From: Thelocarpon superellum
Taxonomy: Eukaryota
NCBI GenBank assembly: GCA_026025795.1
Contig: JAPEUG010000141.1
Coordinates: forward strand, 1-38,106
DNA length: 38,106 nt
Reading direction: 5' to 3'
The notes below the pieces were generated by a model. That model was not told the origin of the DNA and did no database searches. It saw only the letters and a list, made by a program, of their open reading frames with translations. A program made the translations under genes and the position numbers. How positions within the stretch are numbered: position 1 is the first letter of the stretch; every line of letters starts with the position of its first letter. Shown piece by piece: positions 1-10,400 of this stretch.

Positions 1-258
1 GTCCGCGCAAAGTACTGGCTCGGCGTGGGAGCACAGCCGTCGGATCCTGCGTGGAGGCTACTCTCGATGGTGAGCCATTGCTGGTCGCAATCATGCCTAG
101 TGCAGGCAATTCTCAGGAAGAGAGACATTGGTCGCGCTGACAGACTCCTCATTCAGATCGGCCTGCTCGAACCAAAATATCGGATTGGCCAGCTCGGGAA
201 GGCGGCGCAGGAGCCGGCCCCATCAGAGGCCGCGGCCCCGTTGATGACGGAGGCATAG
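1..258 (+). CDS. MRPS16: Mitochondrial small-subunit ribosomal protein bS16m, 3' part (truncated by window start)
   Basis: Frame 1 reads VRAKYWLGVGAQPSDPAWRLLSM, matching the S16 'YWL..GAQPS' motif. Intron 70..156 (GTGAGC..GCTGAC..TTCAG) joins it to IGLLEPKY. Stop TAG at 256-258. Confidence 0.85.
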   Translation, partial: VRAKYWLGVGAQPSDPAWRLLSMVSHCWSQSCLVQAILRKRDIGRADRLLIQIGLLEPKYRIGQLGKAAQEPAPSEAAAPLMTEA

Positions 259-526
259 GCGACACGTCGGCGTTCAACGGCATGGTAGCATTGGTCGGAA
301 TATAGACGCCATCGTGGCGGCATCGCGGCCCCGTTTGAGTACTCTGTACGCAAGCAAAGGTATTGGTTCCATCGCGGTTTATGCGCTGGCTGCGTGGCTC
401 AATTAGAGGGCATCTACAAAGACTTCTCCATCACCTATAGATGCTCAATCTCGGAACAATCCGCCGACGGAGTCGTGCACGTCCAAGTGAAAGACAACGC
501 CGCGCTATGTTCAGACGAACCCTAAT

Positions 527-2378
527 CTAATGCGCCAAGATGAAAAAGGTGTTCGTCACCAGGCACACAATCATCACGACGACGCCGTAGATGGCCAGTG
601 CCAGACTCAGTCGTCGGAGCAACTTCCGCCGACCGTGCCGGGTGTTCAGGCTGTTTCCGCCAAGGAGACGCTCTTCTTCCTCATTGGTCGGGCCATCGTT
701 TTGGTCATCGTCCTCCTTGAGGAGCCGTTGGTGATGGATTGAATCGGGGGCAGATATCTTGTAGTAGAACAAGCCGGGAAGGATGAAGCTGATGCTGGTG
801 CTTCCGGTGCTCCCCACATACGCCAAGACTCGCTCCAGCGAGGAGACGGTCATGGCCACGGCGTAGCTCAAAATCAGAATCGCGGCAGTGAGGGCGGCGA
901 AGCGGGTGTCGCTCATGGCATCGGGATTGGTGTTTATGCTCGGTCGGGTGGACGCCGGGACGATCCGTTCGTGGGGCGGAGAAACGCCTCGGGATTCTGT
1001 CGATGTGTGTCGCGTGCTTGGCCACCATCGGAGCACCGCATCCACCGAGGCGCGACAGGGGTGAACTTGCAGGGGAAAGGAGAACATGACGAGTACGACA
1101 ATGGCCGCCTTGCCAATCGTTGATGCAATCGACGCCGGGTCTAGCCCTTCTCAGCCAAAGTCCGACTCTTTTTCTCCACGCGACGGATACTCACACATGC
1201 CCATGATATTTCCCGTCACATTGTCACCAAATGACAGGTAGCCCGTGATCGCGACCAGGACGTAGATGAAGAAGGCCGATCCAATGCTCGTGGCAACGGC
1301 ACCCGTGGTTTGCGCGTGGGAGTTATCTTTAATCTCGTTCAAGATGGAGAACATCTAGTTTCGATCAGCAAGCATCCTTCCAATTGCTGCAGCCGCATGG
1401 ACCGGGCAGCAGCATAGTCTTGGACCAGCCTTACGTTCTGATGGCACGTGTAGGCAAACACAATGACGGGAAAGCTGCTGAGAGTGGGCAAGGCGCCTGC
1501 CCATTGAATGACACGAATCTCTCCGCGACCCTCCATGGTGTCGCCTTTGATACAGTGCACCACGACGAGCACCACGAGATATCCAATGGAGATCAACGCC
1601 ACGATGCTCGTGTACTTGAGCGAGTCGAGGCGTCGTAGGAAGGAGAGGGGGATCATCACGAGCCTGATGTGGAAAGTCCAGGTTAGCGCTGCCGCCCTGC
1701 TTCCATCCGCTCCGTTTATCTTGGAGGGTCGGGTGCACGCGCGACTCACATAAAGGCCGTGATCCAAAATCCACGGTCCACGAGAAACGACACGTCCCCG
1801 GCCCGCCCATTGAACGCTCGCACAACCTGGGGCATCAGCTCCCCTATAATGATCAAGTAGCTCACGCCAACGCCAAAGCACTTGATGGCGATGGCACCGT
1901 CGAAGAAGATGGCCGCGTTGGGATAGGTTATCTGGGAGAGTGCGAAGAAGGAGGCAGATCCCCGATCAAGATATCTTGCACAACGGGTTTGCAGGTACAG
2001 CCCAAAGGCCGCGGTGATGCCGGCCCAGGCAATGACGATGATACCCAGCAGGATGCCCATGTGGGACATGGCCAGCGGCATGGCAAGGACTCCAGCTCCC
2101 ACAACTGCGTACCATCGTCAGCGCGTACTCAGAATCGTACCACGTCGTCTCTCACTGGTATTGACCAGGTTGACCACGCTGCTGCTCCAGCTGGCGTGCC
2201 CGGCGATACCAACATCTTTCCTGCCTCGACTGTAGTGTCGCCTTTCATGAAGAACATCAGTGACCTGCCGACATGTCGACGCGAAGAAGCGTGCGTACCG
2301 GGTGCCCCGGGTAGGAGAGCTCCTGCTTCCCGGTGGTCCGACCTCATCGTCGCCCGGTATCGCGGAGAAGGTAGCCAT
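527..2378 (-). CDS. Amino-acid transporter of the AAAP/Aa_trans family, Avt5/Avt6-like (vacuolar)
   Basis: Spliced product contains SSVVNLVNT-IVGAGVLAMP, AIKCFGVGVSYLIIIG, FAYTCHQN-MFSI, FSFPLQVHPCR and VGSTGSTSISFILPG, with many TM segments. Predicted introns 2242..2298 (tentative), 2105..2155, 1664..1749, 1355..1434, 1141..1194. Confidence 0.9.
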
Positions 2379-3416
2379 GCTTGTCGCGCCGTCGGTGACC
2401 TCTAGCTACCCACATGAGGAGAAGAGATGAAATTTCAGGCACAGGTGCAGACGACACTAGACATGTCTCCTCAAGTTATGGAATGAGGGAGCAAATTAGC
2501 CAATGGCGTCGTACGTCACGCGATAACGATGGGCCACCTTGCACGACTCGGGTAGGAGTATGTACTTCGTGCCACTCAACGTCTCAAGTCCTCGCTACAC
2601 CCTCTACCCGCGACTACCCGCCTAGCTGAAGGGACTCAACGCGGATCCCCTCGTTACCCAGACCACTGCTGTAGAGACAGAGTCTAAACTGAACGGGTTT
2701 TCAACATGTCGCCTACCATTGAGCATGGGATACTGTTAGTCATTTACACCTTCATCTGCAATCCGCACAAGCCTTTGAATGCTCTGTATCGAGAGTATAG
2801 TTCTGGGATCACCTCTAAGGGGTCCTCAAACGTAGGATCTCGTCCCAAGCTGGACAGAATCATGAACATTCCCAAAGCTCCACAGGGCGGCTTGGAGTTA
2901 TGTTACGGCAAGGTTAGATGACATCCTACTAGGAAATTATCGTAGTACGAGACGCGTTTGTTCTGAGTGCTGGAAGTCGCTTCGAGAGCCGCCGACGTCA
3001 TCGACTCTCTCCATTCGCGTACAAGTATAAGTACAGCCTCCAAACTCGCATGCGATACCGCATCATAGTATGGTTGGAGAGACCTCTTTGCTGCTTTAAG
3101 ATATGTATTGGCTGGGCGGAATCACTAATAAATCAGCCACTTCTTTACCCCCAAATTCCCGTCTTGGTGACAATGTGGCCCCAGCGATGATCAAGTGCTT
3201 CCTGGCCCTTAATCTTGGAGATCTAACTCGCCGTCAGCCGTCTAGGTAGCTGGATCCGAGTGCTGATTAGAAATAGACCAGGCCTGGACATCTTCGAGTG
3301 TAAAGGATGCCCTTTGTATATACCATATGACTCAATATAGAAGGCCTACCGCTATCCAACCAGGCCTGCTCGAGTGCTTCTTTACACTGCTGTTCCCTTT
3401 CCTTGGGGTTTACTCA

Positions 3417-4704
3417 ATGGAGAAGGCCAATGTGCTTGTGACAGGCGCAACGGGCTACATGTGCGCACCGCTGTTCTACTTGTCTTGATCGACGCGTTCG
3501 CTAATGAGGATCGATAGCGGTGGCTCGGTGTTGTCGACGATTGTTGATTCGAAACTCGGACTGTCGGAGATGGCGACCATCTCCACCCTCGTCCGTGGAA
3601 AGGGCCGGGCTGACGTTCTTGCATCACGGGGGGTGACGCCGGTGCTGTTCAACAGCCTCGACGAGACAGACGTCATCGAGCAGGTGGCTACTCAATATGA
3701 CGGTAGGTTTCTCGCGGCAATCAAAGTCGGTGTGAAGCTAAGAGGTGCTCCAGTGATCATCAACACGGCGTCAGGATTCCATGACGCCTCGGCCAGAGCC
3801 ATGGTTCGGGGCCTAGGTGCTCGGAGAAGGCAAACAGGTAAGGATGTGCACTACATTCACGTGTATCTCTCCTGCCCTTCCTCCTGCGAGCGGAAAGCTG
3901 ATGTGGATTACCCAAGACCTCTGGCACGTCGAATCTTGCCGATCAGCCTGTCACCGGAAAGTATCACGAGACTCGCATCTTTTATGACCGGGACGACATT
4001 TATTCCTACAAAAAGTCGCGAGAAGCCCTGCAGCCTTATGCACAGCGCACCACCAATGTTGTCGTGATCGAAGAGGGATCGCGAGCGAGCGTCAAGACAT
4101 ACGTTCTCATGTCACCCACCATCTACGGCCTCGACAGTGGCCTGTTTAACGTCCAGTCGACTCAAGTTCCAACCCTCATCCGCGTGGCCATACAAGAGAG
4201 TCAAGCGGAAGTGATCGGAGCAGGCGGTGCGACTTGGGACCATGTCCACATCGCTGACGTCTCCCGCTTGTATGAACTGGTGTTGTCGAAGATCCTCCGC
4301 GGCGAAGCAATTCCCCACGGAACTCATGGGTGGTACTTCTCCGAAGCCGGACGGCATACCTGGCTTGAGATGTCACAAGGCGTTGCCGATGCATTGTATG
4401 CAAAGGGCGAGATCAAATCCAAGGACGTCCGCAGCATTGAACTTCAGGGTGCTGTGTTCAAATGGGCCGGGGGCAGCCTGTTATTTTGCGAGCTTGGCTA
4501 CGCGTCCAAGTAAGCCAGTCCCAATCTCCGGGGTTCCGGGCACGTGCGAAGCTAATACGCCGACTTGCGTTCAGCTCCCGTACACAGGGTGATCTCAGCC
4601 GTAACTTGGGCTGGCTGCCCGAGAAAACCGACGAGGACTTCCGCAACCATTATCGCGCCGAGGTCCGAGCCATCGTTAAAGACTTGGCCCGTAATTATGC
4701 CTGA
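3417..4704 (+). CDS. NAD(P)-dependent epimerase/dehydratase (atypical SDR, Rossmann fold)
   Basis: ATG at 3417 gives MEKANVLVTGATGYI-GGSVL (TGxxGxxG across intron 3461..3517), then IH-TSGTSN, PTIYG, WDHVHIADV and SN-SR..LGW.P. Other introns 3703..3753, 3861..3916, 4510..4574. Confidence 0.88.
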
Positions 4705-5310
4705 TGGAGGTAATGTGGATTTCAAATTCAGGTTGGATATGGGATGTGGGATGGGCGTCATGTGTAGAGCTCTGTTATGGATCTCTATCTAATGCCAAAC
4801 CGTGTTGATTATACATTATCATTCAGAGCGGCCCCAGTTCGTAAGAGTCGTGATAATAGGCCTAGGTGAAAGCCTGCCATAATTCGAGGCAATCGACATA
4901 CACGCTTAGTAAATGGCATCCGACACGACCGCAGCACCAGTCTTGATAGATCTTCGAGGTTGTTAAAGTACCCGTGAGATCCAACGCATGCCCCACACAG
5001 TGAGGGACTCCTGAAACACTCTGTGCTTGCACAATTTCTCCGTACACATTAGCGGCACCACAACTCTGCGCCGCGGGTATTAGCTCCGGATAATCGACGC
5101 ATGACTAAGCAAACCGGGGATTCTCTTCGGTCTCCATGAGTCGGACTGCCCATGTGTCACAGATTCGCAATACTGCCTGGTTGGGACGACGGCGGTTGTT
5201 GTACCAAGAGATATGCCCCACTTGGCCCAGTAGGGATGTTGACGATGCACCGTCAGACACGCGATACCTGATTGGCAGGCGGTCCGCTGCTGATGTCTCG
5301 CATCGGCACG

Positions 5311-5982
5311 ATGGACGCGGCCATGGACAACACGGCCGTCAAGACCATCGACCTGCTGGAGGCTCGACTCATGCGTATCACCTATGTCCTCAGTGGCTTT
5401 TCGGACGAGCCCGACTCCGCGCTGCTGCCCTCGCAGGAGCGCGAGGCTGAAGAGACTGTCACGGTGCGGTTGGGGCGGCTGGAGCATGCACTGGCTCGAC
5501 TGGCTCACAAGTCCAAGGTCGTCGAGGATATCCTTGCTTGGTGTACGTCGGCAGCCACCCCTTCCCGTCTGTGCATGTACTGACGAGCGAGAGACGCTCG
5601 ACACGCCAGTCTCCTCTCGCCAGACTCCACCCACGATATCCCTTCTTCGCTCGATCCCGAAGCCTTACTCGCCATCATCATGACCCAGGCGACCATGTAT
5701 CCCGCAGTCTCATCCTCGCTGACCTCCATCCTGGACATTCCCATTCCACCTGCGGACTCATCGGCCCACCTGATCGCCCACGGTCCAAAGATGGCGGAGT
5801 TGGATGGGTCCTTGGAGCGGCAGGCCGCAGAAGTGGCCGACCTTCGTCGGCGTAGTGCAACTGCGTGTTGGCGTTGGTATCGAACGACGGTGTTAGCCGG
5901 AGGAGATTGTTGGGCTGCATGGGAAGAGCGCGTTGCACATCTTGAGCGTGAGATTCGAAGACTGGAGGTAAGCCAAGAATGA
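5311..5982 (+). CDS. ro-10: Nuclear distribution protein RO10-like (dynactin p24/p22-type coiled-coil subunit)
   Basis: TIDLLEARLMRITYVLSG N-terminus, YPAVSSSLTSILDIPIP, and C-terminal LRRRSA..W.W..WEERV..LEREIRR resemble the fungal RO10 family as I recall it. One intron from 5543 to 5593 or 5623. Start could be 5293, 5311 or 5323. Confidence 0.7.
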
Positions 5983-8029
5983 TGCAGTAGTTATTTCCGG
6001 GGATGGCTCGACCACTCCAGTGCCACGCGGTTTACGACGGTTTCTCGACACGGTGAGAGCCCAGACCGTGGAGTGGATCCTGATCCTCCTGCCGACACAT
6101 ACTGGCATGTTCCAGGACATGCGTCAGGGTAGATGGAACAGTAGGTACAAGTAGCCCTCGTACTCGATGTCGCAGAGTGACGCGTCTGACGCCAAGAAAT
6201 GCCCTCACCTTCCCTTACGTGGTGGGTGGCAGGAGACGAAGGCAAGAGGCGTTAGATGTAGTATGACCACGCCTGACGACGCACTTCGGAAGTGCAGTAC
6301 TTTGCATCGTCGCAGTGAATCACGTACGACATCCTTGTTTTTCATGTCATTGCGAAGGTTCGGTGGGATTCGTAGGTCATGGTCGCGTCATCACTTGCCA
6401 TCATCTCGCATCATCCTGCTCGCGGAGAGCGAAGCCCCACCGAAATCGTGTCCACGAGCGAACCACAGAAGGAGTTGGAATGGTCGGTCCTTGAAATCAG
6501 GCTGGTGGCGGAACGAAACGCCACTCGACTGTGGCTTGAGCCTGCATCACGCCAACGAGCCCATAGTGGACCAGTAGCCTGAGAGATCGACGGGACTGAA
6601 GCGAGGTTGCAATGAGGCTAATCGGGGTCCCTTTTGCACCAACCGAGTCAGGTGGAGCCCATTCGAGCACCGAGTCCGTGTACCAGAGGATCGAGTGCAA
6701 TCGAGTACGAGCGGTCGTTGGACCTGACATACAAGGTAAAGTGGGACAGGTGCGCTGGACAAGGGGATGAATGGCAGCAACCGGGATGTGACGCGTTAAG
6801 GGCGCCAGTGGTGGGACGTGAACAGACGATGACCGGACCAGGGAGGTAGGATTGAGTTGGAGGAAAGTACAGGTACGAGGAGGAGGGGTGGCACCAAGAC
6901 CGCTCGCTGGCCAATGGTCGGCGACAGGAACCACAGAAGCAAGCAATAGCGGGTGGCACTTTCGGAGGAGACGCCAGCATCGACGGTATGGTACCATATA
7001 CGTTCGGCGCCCCGGTGATACCGGGTCACGCATATTGGACTCGTAGGGAGTACAGGTTCTCGGACTCGTCTTGCGGAGGAGATAATTCGCGCGCCCGTCG
7101 ACTGCGCCCCCGCTCCCAGGTGCCTGGCAGTCCAGAGTGGGCAAGAGTGGGCAAGAGCTAATTTGTACTTGGTCGTCTGCCCGCCAGCCGTTCCTCGCCT
7201 AGGACCGTAGTCCCGTCGGTCCCATGCTGGGTCTACTGCGAGCCATCGAACCCCGTCCACCAATCCGCGTGGCAAGTGACCCGGTGGAGGTTGGTTGGTG
7301 GCCGCTGGCTTTGACTCTCCGGCTGCTTCCTTCGTCGGAGTCGTCGGTGCTTCGCCATTTGCCCCAGGCCCACGCCCATGCCCATGCTCATCCGGCTTTG
7401 CTGCCTCCCTCTCGCCCATCCTGCGACGGTCACGTCAACATAAAGACCCGCATCGCGGCTCATCCACCTAGTCTCGTACGCCCCCGCTCTCACGATCGCG
7501 ATCGGATCCCGGCCGACGTTGTAACCCGGAGCGCGCGGTACGAGGTCCCGACACCAGTGTCGAGCGAGACGGTGAAACGGGCCCCTGTGCCGTCTAGTCG
7601 CTGCATCTGTCTCGAGCGTGCCACTACTGAGCTCCTTTTTCGCGAGCCCGCCCACCAACTTGCCCTCGAAACCCGTCGAGCCCGTCCGGAGCAGCCAGTC
7701 CAGCTAGGCCAGCCAGTCGACCGCCTCGCCTGACCCGACCGAACAAGTCTTCATTGTCGCATCGCCGACGACACTACTCCTCCCATCACCGGTCGGTGGC
7801 CTCATCCTGCGGCGACGTCTCCTCGAGTTGGCGCCGACGACGTTTGCAGCCGGGCAGACGCGCTCCCCATCGCTCTCGCCACCTCGGTGGACTCGTCGCA
7901 GCCTCCCACGCCCAGCGCCGGTCCCTTTGACCCCTTCGTGACCGTGCGACCGCCACGACCCACGGTCGGCCTGCCGCGGGCCACTTTCTCGACCGTTCTG
8001 CGCGCCACGTCGACAGCGTCGCTCCCTCC

Positions 8030-9175
8030 ATGCCATCGTACGGCTCTCTTCACTCTCCTCAATCTCCCTCGCTGCGCAAGAATATGACGGGAGCGATGGA
8101 TGGCTCGGGTCGCCGACGGAACGGCGGTCGCGCCCCCAGCATCGGGCACATCATCGGTGATCCGTTTGCGCTGGCCACCATCTCGATCTCAGTGGTACGT
8201 AGGCCCACAGTGCGAGGTCTCATTACCCGCGGATACTGATGTGGCGAACAGCTCGCCTGGTTCATCGCCTTTGTCGGCTCCGTCATCGCCGCGATCCACT
8301 CCAAAGGCGACCTCACCAACCCTTTCCCCAACTACGTCTGGTGGACGAATGTATATATGTTCTTCTGCATCATCGGCGTCATCTACGTCATCACCACAGC
8401 GACCATCCGGACCTATTCGATTGCGATAGTGGGCTTCATGGGCGCCGGCATCGTGCTGACCTCGTCGGCCGTGCAAGCCTTGGTCTACTCGTCGGATCCC
8501 CGACGCGAAGCCGCTGCTGCCGGGCACATCTTGTTGTCCATGATTACGGTTGGTGTCGCCAGAGCGTGGAAGGAATGACGCGAGGCTAACGCACTGGATG
8601 GGTAGATTGTGTGGGTCTTCTACTTTGGCTCGCGACCGGAGTCAGGATCACGGGCGTATGTCGACTCGTTCGCCTTGCACAAGGAGAACCGCCAATCGCG
8701 CGCCAGCCGTCCGATGGCAGATGCGTATGGCAACAATCGGCCCAACACGTCCATCTCGACGAACCCGGCACCGCAGATGTACACGTCGGCACAATTGAAC
8801 GGCTTTGAAACCTCCTCGCCCGTGTCTGGTTACCCGGGAGGTCCGGTCGGGGTCGAGTCACGCGCGCCGCCACCGCAACAACGATTTGGGACGGGAGCGA
8901 CGCAGACGCCACCACCACAGCAACCGTCGATGCAGACGACCGCGCCGGTGAGCCAGAGGATGCCGGAGCAGAACGAGGTGATTCCACCGACGGAATACCC
9001 GTATCGCGCCAAGGCCATCTACTCGTACGAGGCCAACCCAGAAGACGCCAACGAGATCAGCTTCTCCAAGCACGAGATCTTGGAAGTCTCGGACGTGAGC
9101 GGGCGATGGTGGCAGGCCAAGAAGGAGACGGGAGAGACGGGGATCGCACCGTCAAACTACCTGATCCTGTTATAA
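8030..9175 (+). CDS. SHO1: High-osmolarity signalling membrane sensor Sho1 (4 TM segments plus C-terminal SH3)
   Basis: [11 protein letters not shown], four hydrophobic segments, [20 protein letters not shown], and SH3 domain [43 protein letters not shown]. Introns 8195..8251 and 8549..8605. Confidence 0.96.
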
Positions 9176-9352
9176 CCGTGTCGTCTGGCACGCCACATGC
9201 TACCGATCTGCTGAAATGTAGCACGACCACGACGCTAATGTCTCTCTTTTTCATTCGGTTTACGCGATGGGATCCTCATTCGCCATGTCGACGGCAGATG
9301 CGTGCGGCTTGAAATCGACCTGATTTACGGGATCGCGGATTTAGCTGGCCAA

Positions 9353-9388
9353 CATTTCGGTCGGCATCTCGGTCGGCATTTCCGTCGG
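9353..9388. repeat. 12-bp tandem repeat x3 (CATYTCSGTCGG)
   Basis: catttcggtcgg / catctcggtcgg / catttccgtcgg read directly. Confidence 0.8.
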
Positions 9389-9924
9389 CACCTAACCCCT
9401 CGGCATCTCGGCGGCGCCAGCGCGACCTCTCGGCTTTCTGTTCCCGGATCACCTTCTCTCGGACTGACTCGGGCGATGTGAGGAGTCCTTAATACTGCCA
9501 GGGGGTCGTGAGTCATCTGTGAGGTGGTTCACGAAAGACTGGAGAGGAGGAAGGGGGGGTGGAGGGATGGAGGGAAGGAGGAGGGCAGGAAAGCAGAGCC
9601 AAGCGTACTTACTCGTCTTCTGTTTGACGTTCTTCCGTCGCTTCGTTGGTGTTGACCCTAGTGCGACTGGACTTTGACATCTTGGCGTTGTTGTCTTTTG
9701 TTTTCTTTCTTTTCTCATTCCCGCAGTGAATACCCTTCACCGCACTGCACCGCGCAGCGCTGCGCAACTCCGGTCCCGCCTCCCAGGTCCCTTCACCTGT
9801 CTATCCACCCCACCCTTGTGCGTTCTCTACGCCTCAAGACTCTGTCACCAGTACATATGTTTGACTGTTTCCTTTCTGTCTCTGTCTCTGTCTCTGTCAT
9901 TGGCACTGTCGATTTCGATGTCTA

Positions 9925-9972
9925 TCTTGATCTCTTGATCTCTTGATCTCTTGATCTCTTGATCTCTTGATC
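9925..9972. repeat. Perfect 8-bp tandem repeat (TCTTGATC)x6
   Basis: Six exact copies read directly, preceded by a short (TCTCTG)n tract at about 9875-9898. Confidence 0.95.
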
Positions 9973-10400
9973 CACCGGACAGAAATGGCTAGGTAGGAGA
10001 GAGAGAGTAGGAGATACGGCCGTTCGACAGACGCAGTTTCCGTCTCAGTTGCGCAGGTACTTAGATTTCTAGTTCCAGTTCGGCAGACTTGGCAATCGAA
10101 TGTGAAGGTGAATGCACGTCGACTGGAGATGCACCGTACGTGTTTCACGCCCCTTGTCTGACCAACCATCGTAGTACGACCGCTGCATGTCTGCCCACAA
10201 GACTTTACGAGGGCTCGACCAGCTGTTCCGTAAGTTGCCGATTAGCCTCTCTTCTTCTGAAATGAACCGGCCTCTCCCGTGCGGAATAGAACAGAACAGA
10301 ACATTACTGACTGACTGATGACGGATGAGAGACGAGAGACAAGAGGTGCAAGATGAAAAGGGCGGGTATAGGAATTGTGGTATAGTTATGCGGGATAGAA

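Noticed and set aside
6379..6849. Short + strand ORFs with ELEWSVLEI and TYKVKWD, resembling chromodomain fragments
   Set aside because: The two pieces are about 250 nt apart and separated by a stop, and there is no integrase, RT or LTR nearby.
6497..8149. Multiple 100-215 aa ORFs between RO10 and SHO1
   Set aside because: R/P/S-rich with no recognisable domain, as expected by chance in GC-rich promoter and leader DNA.
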